A stretch of DNA of 64,000 nucleotides, from NCBI GenBank assembly GCA_950097015.1, contig CATNEN010000033.1, positions 1,240,001 through 1,304,000 on the forward strand, written 5' to 3'. Source of the DNA: Macrostomum hystrix. Taxonomy: Eukaryota; Animalia; Platyhelminthes. The notes beneath the pieces are model-generated. The model was not told where the DNA came from. It worked only from the letters and a program-made list of their open reading frames with translations, and did not search any database. Of the stretch, positions 44,664-54,500 are shown one piece after another. The translations under genes and the position numbers were made by a program. The first letter of the stretch is position 1. The number at the start of each line of letters is the position of its first letter.

Positions 44664-45024
44664 TGTCCATGGGTCTTCACATCGATCACGAACACTGTAA
44701 GTGCTCAGGATGGCGAGCCGGCTGTTAAGGGGTGCTCACACTCAGGTTCCCCTTCACCTAAGTCAGCGCTGTGCCAAATATCCAAGTAGCGAAGGTGACT
44801 GCTTCGACGAATTTATTATCGGAAGTATATTATTATTAAACTAAGTAATCTTTGAACATGAAAAACAATAATCCTCTAGTACAGTTTGCGAGTCCACAAA
44901 TTGTAATTTCCGTTCCAAAAAAAGAAAAAATTCGCCTTTAAAGAAAAGAAAAACGAAACTAAAATCAACCTTCGTGTCTCCTGCAAGCAACTTTGATCTA
45001 TGCACTCTGAGATAACGCAGCTTC

Positions 45025-45032
45025 TATATAAG
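45025..45032 (+). promoter_or_regulatory. Putative TATA box of EPDR copy R
   Basis: TATATAAG about 80 bp upstream of the ATG at 45113, at a spacing similar to copy L. Confidence 0.5.
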
Positions 45033-45112
45033 TCGGAGAAGAAAACTCGAAAAGTTTCTTCAAGCAAGTTAGCGAGAAAATCGCGCAGAGAACAACTAAC
45101 ACCAAAGCAAAC

Positions 45113-46498
45113 ATGAAGACTGTGGTGCTTCTGCTAGCCGTGCTGGCCTCTGCCAGCGCCATGGAAAGCCTCTTCTGGCAGGGAGAGTACGCGGACGACA
45201 AGGGCGAGCTGGGCCAGGGCTGCTGCCTGCCGACCCAGTGGGAGGGTCGCGTGGGCGCCTTCCACATCAGCAAGCGCTTCCTGAAGCCCAAAGTGCGAGC
45301 TGTGAGTTGCAGCCTGCGGTCTCGAGTGGCTCGCTTTGTGCATTCTAAGTTGTACGCTCGTAGGCTGGTCAAAGCGACCGGACTGCAGACTGCTTGATGC
45401 CCAAGATTTGGTGCTCAAGCAGATAAGGTATGCCGATTCAAACGCAATCCTCAAATTCTGTTCATTCTTGCTTTACCCGCAGTCTGACAGCAAAGTTGGT
45501 CTGGACTTCTCTGGCAAGAAGGTCGGCGTCAGATCTATGCTCTACTGCAAGAAGACCAAGAGGGTCTACGAGACTCGAACTGTGGCCGACTTCAACGCCA
45601 AGAAGGCCTACTTCATCTTCAAGGACAAGTGCAAGACGTTCAGATTGAAGAGGCCGATGAGCCGACCCTGCATTCCAGGTCAGTGTAGTGGTAAATTTCA
45701 GCTCGGAATCATGAATTGTGGAACTCATGAACTCGCTCATCCCTCGCCAATTCTCGTAGACTTCTTCAAGCGTTTCGACCCCTACTCGTACGGCGCCGGC
45801 TCCAACAGCCTGGCAGTGACTGCCTACGGCTACCGCAACGCCAGTCGCGCTCTGACCACAGAGGTGTTCTCCGTGGTCACCAGCGGCTCCTGTGTGCCTG
45901 TGAAGGGCGCCTACCGGGTGAAGAGGCGCTTCCGCAGCCTGATGGGCAACTACCAGTACTACAATGTGACTCTGGGCAACAAGGACAGGGACCTGTACAC
46001 CGTGCCTGACTTCTGCTACGCCAACTCGACTATCGCCACTGAGGACTCGGCCATGTCTCGTCGGCTGTGGCGCAAGTTCAAGGTGGATTTAATAGCACTG
46101 AAGCAATTTATTATTTTTGTCCATTTTGGTTTTTTGGTTTTTTATTAGGACCGAAAATAAAGTGATAGCATGAAGAGCAAAGGCACAAAGATCCTGCGCT
46201 TTTTCTCGTAGATGAAAGGTAACAAACGAAATGGGAATTGCGATTCCAGAAATACATCAGCTCCACCGACAGTAAGGAGTTCAACGCAGACAGCGAGCTG
46301 ATGACTCAGGTTGAAGGCGATCTATTGACCCAGACGATGGATCTTATCGACGGTAGCATGGAGCTGGCCATGGGCGGTGAAAAAGGTCACGAGCACTGGC
46401 GCAGCGGTCGACGTGAAGGTCGTCGCAGGGGACGTCACGGCAGGCGGCGCCACGGTTCGGAGGAGGACGAAGCAGGCCTAATGGAGTCGAGCTTATGA
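45113..46498 (+). CDS. EPDR: Ependymin-related protein, copy R, 4 exons
   Basis: Exons 45113-45292, 45483-45678, 45760-46082, 46250-46498. Same motifs as copy L; last exon ends ..RRREGRRRGRHGRRRHGSEEDEAGLMESSL*. Confidence 0.88.
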
Positions 46499-46899
46499 AC
46501 TGCGCCCCTATCTGACTGTTAGTGATTGTAATGCTAACATGCAAGCAATCGGTTAAATACGAGCTATGCAGGCGCTTCTAAATTTAGAAATAGTTTAACT
46601 CTGTAAAATACAACTATTTGACATCAAATAATCAGAAGATCTAGCTGTACGAGTGTCGTTCTCTTTCCTGAGGCAGATTGAGAACAACCAGTCAATCTTT
46701 ATTTGTAATGACTTACAGTATAAGTATTCGCTAAGAACCTTTAAACGTACTTGTACACTCGTGGTAGAACAAATCCCAGCAAAAAACACAATAGAGATGG
46801 CCCATCAAGTTCTAAGTACAGAATCTGCTTTATTTTTTAAGCAGCTTTAAGGTTGATTGATCAGCAATTTAGCGATAAATGTTGTCTAACGAGCCACGT

Positions 46900-48026
46900 T
46901 CATGCGGCAGTCGTTAGCTGCATGTCGCTGAAAGACCTCAACCTCAGGCGAACAGATTCAGCAGGATCGACAATGCCTTCTGTATGCAATTCGGCGACGA
47001 ATGTCTCGCAGTTGCCGGGCCACTCCAGAAAATCCGCGAACTGTCGACTGGCAAGAAACTCCGCCTCGTGGCGACGATCTGGCGAGCAGGCGAACTCATC
47101 CACGGGGTCGCCACCGCAGCCGGGCTCGCTGGGCAGGCAGGGCTCGCCGGGATGGACCATCCACTCGCACCAGAGCTCGGTTGGCTTTTGATGGCGCTGC
47201 TGCAAAGCCAGGAGTTCACAGATTGTGACTGAGTTATCAATATCGGCGATAGAACACTGTCGGAACTATTTCCAATAGAGTCAGTTGCCAGCAACGCACC
47301 CAGTCGAGCAATGCCGGCGCCAGCTGTCTGGCAAGCTGTGCGGCCACCCTGTCCAACCGCATCTCGGCTCCCATGCTGGACAGGCCGAGAAAGACGCCAG
47401 GCCATGCAAGCTCAGCCAGCCGGAAATCCTGCTCGGCCACCGACAGCGCTTCCGTAGACACCGCTGTCAGAAATCGCCGCCTGTCGAACTCGGCACCGTT
47501 GAGTTCTTCGTCGAAATCGACTGACCAGGGCAGGCGGCGCTCGGCGGGCACTCGAACGCGCCTGACACCGGCCGCGACGGTCGCTTCGGCGAAAGCGGAC
47601 GCGGCAAGGCCGGGCAGCGAGTGTGCGTGCTGGTGCCCATCAACGTGGCTGGCTGGCCGGCCGTTGAAGATCTCGACGAAGCGGGCAAACTGGGCGCCAG
47701 CCTCGGCCACAATGTCGGAGCGAATCACCCTGCCGGCTAAGACGGCGTCGCGAAATCCCATCTTTCCGAGAAATCGGCCACTGTCCGGATCCACCAGGCT
47801 GGGCACCTGATTTGGTGGGCAGAGCGGCCGGCCCTCGGTCAAATTTAGGTGAAGCCCTGGCGGAGGTCGATTCGCAAAGTGGCGCCGAATGTCTTCGGAG
47901 CTGCAGGCCGAACCGGTGACCATGAAGGATGCGTCTGTCACGTGACCATCGGCCAGAAGCCGCAGAATAACCCCGGTCGCGCCTGGCCGAGTAGCCCAGG
48001 TCGTCAGCATTGATAATTAGGTTCAC
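46900..48026 (-). CDS. YDJC: YdjC/ChbG-family carbohydrate deacetylase; 2 exons; +1 frameshift near 47970; no ATG at the start
   Basis: Exon 48026-47300 starts right after the acceptor ctctccAG: VNLIINADDLGYSARRDRG, then (after the shift) ILRLLADGHVTDASFMV..GLHLNLTEG..HVDGHQHAH. Donor gtgcgt at 47299. Exon 47199-46900 reads EWMVHPG..GCGGDPVDEFACSPDRRHE. These match the YdjC catalytic Asp/His motifs. Confidence 0.9.
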
Positions 48027-48974
48027 CTGGAGAGGCTGCGGGAAGAAGTCAAATTAAAAACTTTAAATTACTGGATTGATTACTTGATTGGCCAGAACCC
48101 ACCTTAGTGGCTAATACGTATCTACGAGTAATACGTAAGGTAATGTTAAAATAATTGACAATTTTAGTAACTCGTTTCCTTGGTAACTGATTACCAAGCG
48201 TTTGACCTTTAAATTTTCCTGACATGAATGTTAAAATGTTAAAATTAGCAAAAAAGTGGCATATAAATACGATAAACGGTAATATACCCCTCGTATTAGA
48301 TTCAGAATTCCTAATTTCAATAAAGAAAACCGATTCGCAGTCACAATATTACATAAACAACTGAACTGTGCTACACAACATATGCAAGATTGATCAAAGA
48401 TAAATAAATGTACAGTTAAAAAGCTCTTAAATGTTTTTTAACTGCCTGACAACTTGATTATACCAAAAAGTCTGAGATCCAAGTGCAGCCGCCTCCTCTT
48501 ATTGGGCAGTTTTATTAAAGCTAAAGCCCTGACGGTGGCGCGAAGTGTATCTCGATAAACTGACAGATAAGCTCTGGCTCAGCATGGCAATGGAACCAGT
48601 TCAAACTAGTTGGCGCTAGCAGCGTCTCAAACAGCTTATCGTCTGGTTAGTTTGCTTCAAATTAGTGAAGAGCAGCAGGCAGTGAAAGGGTAATTATCTC
48701 AGTAAATTGGCTAGCGCTTAAAATTGCTTCCAGACGCCACCTGCCGGCAATTTTATTTCGCCCACTACCGCAGCTTTTGCCGCGCATTTGCGTCAGAAAG
48801 CGATTAAAACAGAGCCTCGCTTTGGGTCAGCGATTCTCTCAGGCATCGATGCTGGCACAAAGGTCTAATCCTACGTAACAATTTTACTCAGAAGAGTTGC
48901 TCGACTCTGCAAGGAGTTTTAGAAAAGATTTTTCACATATCTGAGACAGGTGCGAGCCATCACAGGAAAATTTG

Positions 48975-49345
48975 AGACACAAGCGTGCAGATCATGACGA
49001 CTATGACACAAAGCGGGCAGATCATCCTGACGACTATGACACAAAGCGGGCAGATCATCATGACGACTATGACACAAAGCGGGCAGATCATACTGACGAC
49101 TGTGACACAAAGCGGGCAGATCATACTGACGACCGTGACACAAAGTGGGCAGATCATACTGACGACTGTGACACAAAGCGGGCAGATCATACTGACGACC
49201 GTGACACAAAGTGGGCAGATCATCCTGACGACTGTGACACAAAGTGGGCAGATCATCCTGACGACTGTGACACAAAGCGGGCAGATCATCCTGACGACTG
49301 TGACACAAAGCGGGCAGATCATCCTGACGACTGTGACACAAAGCG
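48975..49345. repeat. 33-bp minisatellite GACACAAAGCGGGCAGATCATCCTGACGACTGT
   Basis: Period 33, about 11 copies. Confidence 0.95.
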
Positions 49346-50578
49346 CTAGGAAACTTTCGACGGCAGTAAGTCGAATCGATGTCGCAACGACTCTGGGGCA
49401 ACGAGAAGGTCCTGAGCAACGTCAGAGGCCAGGCCTATAAAAATTGTATAATGCAGGTCCACTTCATCTGACCCTGGAGTCACGCCAAGTTTCTCATAGC
49501 AGGCCAGGTGAAATCACGCGCTGCCGGTTCTCTACCGACCCTCCACTCCGCCTCCTGTCGCCAGCCCGAGCTCCTGTGCTTCATCCCCGGCAAGCAGAAT
49601 TGATTGCTCCAGCCAGCCACTGAGAAGCTCATGGCTGTCGCACTTGGCCCGGCCAAGGTCGCAGCGACTTCCTCATCAGTCAGAGCTGGGCAGTCCAGTC
49701 GTATAAATATTTGCCCTGCGCCAGTCTGGGCTAGTTCCTGCCAACAGAATTGGGTGAAATCATGCGTGACAATCAAGGCCTGAGGCCCTGGATGCAGTGG
49801 ACTGCTCATGCAGTGCTATTCATTATCCGCTATCATTAATTCATTATGGAAGCCCTGCAGAGGATTCAGGAACTCTGAAAATTATCGGTGGGCCGCGAAG
49901 TTTCGAATAGAATATAATAACAACCACACGGAGACGTCAGAAATAGGAACGGAAGCATCAAATCAACAAATAAGCCAGTGCCACTCCCAGGTCATGTGAT
50001 CAAAAAGTTTCTGTCTTGGCCAACACGGTGGGGCAGTTGCCCCGGGGCACGAGGTGAGCGGCCTTGCCATGTCCCCAGTAGTTTTTTTCTCTCTATTTCG
50101 TTTTGCATTTAAAAAACAAAGCAATCCACAGGCTAGAATGCGACAGAATATGGATGGGCGATCGATGCCGATATCAGGTGTCTCCAGCAGGTAGGGCGGG
50201 GCTCATCCATCAGGGGCAACTCAACTACGATGTGTCTAGATCAGGGCACACGGGTGAGGTGTCGGATGATGCCGAAATCGTTATGATTGCTACTCGCGAT
50301 ATGAATGGGTGGCAGGGGAGAAGAGCATGACTCCTTTTTAAGCTTATTACATCAACTCAGTCGTGTTAGCCAACACAAAGCCCGCTCAGTGAGTCAGCTT
50401 CTCCAACGGACGCTGTTCCGAATACGGGTGGGACGACGAAGATTGCGTAATCCTAATCCCCTGAAACCCTGCATCCCCCGCAGCGGGCTCAGATAGGAAA
50501 ACATGCAGAGCAGGGTAGTTCTGGTGACTGCTGTGTGCGCATTCGCTGTGTGGCGATAAGCCGAGGAGAAATTTACTA

Positions 50579-50805
50579 TTTATATATATATATATATTAC
50601 ATATAAAGCCAGTGGCGCATCCGAAGTTTGTGCCCAGCTGTTCAGTCTATGGACTGTAGTGTGGGAAGCCGCCAACTGGGTGAACTGAAACAATGAGGAA
50701 TTTAGTGTTTTGCTCAAGGACACAAATCGCTTCCCTTGGGTTGCAATCCGAACCCCGGACCCGCCCGGACAGAAATCCGCGGCCCCAACCACAGGGCCGC
50801 AACAC
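50579..50805 (-). mobile_element. Second SINE-like element (family B) with a tRNA-like head and (TA)n tail
   Basis: Minus strand: GCGGCCCTGTGGTTGG..GGGGTTCGGATTGC (A/B-box-like), then GTGTCCTTGAGCAAAACACT..TTGTTTCAGTTCACCCAG (a motif common in metazoan SINEs), ending in (TA)n at 50579-50600. Confidence 0.55.
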
Positions 50806-51310
50806 CCTCTCGATACAGGATGAAGCAGCCCGCATGGTTTGCAGAGAAGGGGCGAGAATGCAATATAAAGCAGCAATCTAAAACAGCAGCCTGAACAATC
50901 GGGTGGACAGGGAGTGTGGGCACTGCAGCAGGGGGTGCAGAACTTCATTGCTGGCATTCAGCAGGAAAAACTGAACACTTTTCGTGTCGCAGTGTGGCGC
51001 AGCAAGTGCGGAGTGGGGAGAAGCAGGCAGGCAGGGAGACGGAGAACAACTGGCGCTGAGGAGCCCAGGGCCTGCCAACCAACCCCGGCGCAGACACATC
51101 AGGGGGGAATTGAAGCGAATCGGAGCTGCGGGAAGGCAGGAAATAGCAATGGGGAAGGAAGAAACCCGGGGTGGCGGCCGTGGCGCACGCAGTATTTCAG
51201 CCCTGACAGCGGCTGGATATGGCAGACTTGCCAAACCAGACCGGCTGGGTCGGCTGCGCAGTCGCGTCACTTTCAGGCCCTTCAAATATCAAACATTTGA
51301 AGCAGCAGCC

Positions 51311-51444
51311 ATGGACTGCGCATCGGACGAAAATCTGAACGCCGCTGCCGCAGTCTCGGTTTCGGTCACCGGGGACACGGAGGAGGTTGAGCTGGAAACG
51401 GCGGATGAAGAGGCGGAGATTGAAGAGACTTTCGGAGCTGCGAC

Positions 51445-51502
<58 letters not shown>

Positions 51503-54500
51503 CAAGAGCAGCCAGCGCATCAGGTTACTATAACTGCAAAGGTAGGTGCAAAGATTTGAACTGGAGTGATCATTTCAACTTCTATGGGGAAATTTTGACG
51601 CATGAGAGCTCAGAACTCTGAACGAAGGGTATCTGCGTGGAAAGAGTAGCACACCTCACAAAAAACATGCACTGTCAACCAAAGCAGCAGCCGCAGCAGC
51701 AGCCGCAGCAGCAGCAGCGAAGGTTGCCAGCACGAGTAGTGAACGCCCTGCCCGGCTGTCTACGCGCCTCAGCGGCAGCCTGGCGACTGTGGAAGCTGGA
51801 GACCCGCGTCCTGGTGGTCAGCTGTGCGGCAGCGGCAGTCAGCGGCCTCCTGGTGGTCGTTGGCGCTTTTACTAATACCTGGGCGCGACTGCGGCTTGTG
51901 GCTGAGAACGGACAGAATTTAACGGCTAGTCAGGGACTGTGGAAGCTGTCTTATAGTGGTGAGTGCGGCAGAGTTGGACTACAAATCAGAATGATCTGTG
52001 ATGCGATGGTGTGGCTGGAGTAGGTGTGATGCGATGGGGTGGCTGGAGAGGTGTGATGCGATGGGGTGGCTGGAGAGGTGTGATGCAATGGTGTGGCTGG
52101 AGTGGTGTGATGTGATGGGGTGGCTGGAGTGGTGTGATGCGATGGGGTGGCTGGAGAGGTGTGATGCAATGGTGTGGCTGGAGTGGTGTGATGCGATGGG
52201 GTGGCTGGAGAGGTGTGATGCAATGGTGTGGCTGGAGAGGTGTGATGCGATAGGGTGGCTGGAGAGGTGTGATGCGATGGGTGGCTGGAGAGGTGTGATG
52301 CGATGGGGTGGCTGGAGAGTGTGATGCGATGGGGTGGCTGGAGAGGTGTGATGCGATGGTGTGGCTGGAGAGGTGTGATGCGATGGTGTGGCTGGAGAGG
52401 TGTGATGCAATGGTGTGGCTGGAGAGGTGTGATGCGATGGTGTGGCTGGAGAGGTGTGATGCGATGGTGTGGCTGGAGAGGTGTGATGCGATGGTGTGGC
52501 TGGAGAGGTGTGATGCAATGGGGTGGCTGGAGAGGTGTGATGCAATGGTGTGGCTGGAGAGGTGTGATGCGATGGTGTGGCTGGAGAGGTGTGATGCGAT
52601 GGTGTGGCTGGAGAGGTGTGATGCAATGGGGTGGCTGGAGAGGTGTGATGCAATGGGGTGGCTGGAGAGGTGTGATGCGATGGGGTAGCTGGAGAGGATA
52701 TTCCTTGCATACCCAGGGGCTTTGACCAGCGGAAGCTAACGTGTTAGGGCATGAGCATCAAACTATTTATACAATTAACTGAATGAGCATCTCAAAGAAT
52801 TAAGGCTTTCCGCTTCAGCCTTGTTCACATGCAACTATTTAATAATCCCAGTAGAGTAGCAAGAGAGCAGTGAACGCTGCATGGCGTACCGGAGATGCGG
52901 CACCGACTTCAGTACCGACAAGCGAAAGATAGATGGCGAAAGGAAGGCGGGCAGCGACCGGATAATCCTGGATGGTCACCGCTTCGCTGGCTTGTGGGCG
53001 ATGACGCATTGTTAAGTGGCGCATGTGATGCATCGCCGGTGCACCCTGATACGAATACACAGACAGGAAGACTCGAATGTCCCATTAGCAGCGCATCAAA
53101 GATTTATTCCTAGAAACCTTGCAAGCGCTATTAATAAGGCGGTTGGCCCTTTAGGAAGATCATAAGAGTACGTAACAATGTACTATCACATCCGTGCTTC
53201 AGCTATGCAAGCATATTAATCAGACAATGCCCTTGCACAGATAAAGTACCAAGTAAACATGAAATATGACTTCCATCAACGAAAACGGATAAAGTATAAA
53301 ATAAATTTTAATCCGGCCTACAATGGAAAGGGAAAAAGGGAAGCTAGATAGTTCAAGGCACTGCCGAATGTTCGAATAAAATTTGTTAAAAGGCACTGCA
53401 GATAAAGAGGAGCGGAACGCTGCTGAACTAGCATTTGCAGCCCCTGTGCGCGCCCACTGTTGCAAACTGCCAGCAGTCTGCATTGGCTATAAATCAAAGC
53501 GAATGCTTGAGGCGCAGGCCTTTATAACTGCATGGGCGCAGGGAGGGTGCCGTGGGCAGAGAGGAAGAAGTATAGGGATTTTACACTTAACGCATAAAAT
53601 GATATTTGAGGAAAGCCAAAAAGCCAATTGAACCGCCTGAGTCTTCTTCCTATAAGGGGGAGAAAGGGCGTGAGGAAAAATGCCAATCCCATTCCAAAGG
53701 AGCTGCTCGGGATTGGGGCCAGAAATAGTGGCCTCATTTGCATGCGGGGCGCGGAGATCCGTCAGCAGGGGCTTTCAACTCACAGCCTGAGCAGACTCAG
53801 GGGTCCCGGGGGAGGGCGCATAGGGTGCCTAGATCCCAAACCATACTTTTCCCCGCCAGACATGGGTCTGACCTGAGATTGGTACAGGACTGCTCACAGA
53901 CTGCTTACTGCTCACGAAAAATCTCAGGAATTTATAATTATTTTAGTTTTCAAAGCTGAACACGAGTTGTGACCGATTACACATGTACAGCAGCACCGTA
54001 GAAGATTAGCAGCTTCAAAGTGCACCCAAGACACTTGAAAATGATATTTTTTCTTACGTTTACTTTCAGTGGGTCCCAAATCTTACGACTACGTGCTAAT
54101 TCACCTGTTTGAAGACAAATACGAAAGGAAACTGGACCACACTATCACAGGTGAGCTGGGTGCAGAGCATTATATGTATTTTGTATCTCTTTTGTTACCA
54201 CTCGAACATTGTGTGGGGCGCCAGTTTCAGTTAAAGATGGCAGAAGCAAGTTCAAACTAATTAGGACTGCCGAGAGAATTTCCGTAAGACACATCGATCG
54301 TCACCAGCCCCGTGCTGTCTGGGAGTTGCGTCCCCCATCTGTCACTCGCTGTTAATCTCAAGCTTACTTTCTCTTCACTTTTCTCTCTTTTGAGTACTTC
54401 ATTGAGTATTGAATTCCAATAGAACTCGATTGCCTTTCAGTGCGTATTAGCATCTTCATTTGTCTGTGCAAATTCGACTAATGGGCATAATTTTGACGAT

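Noticed and set aside
46900-48026. Horizontal transfer of a bacterial chbG/ydjC gene
   Set aside because: YDJC is native to animals; this copy has a spliceosomal intron and animal-type motifs (RRD.G, GC..GPD.F.CS).
52855-53030. Extra Cys-containing exon of the claudin-like gene (ERCMAYRRC..AGLW)
   Set aside because: No good phase-1 acceptor/donor pair, and the flanking exons already join in frame.
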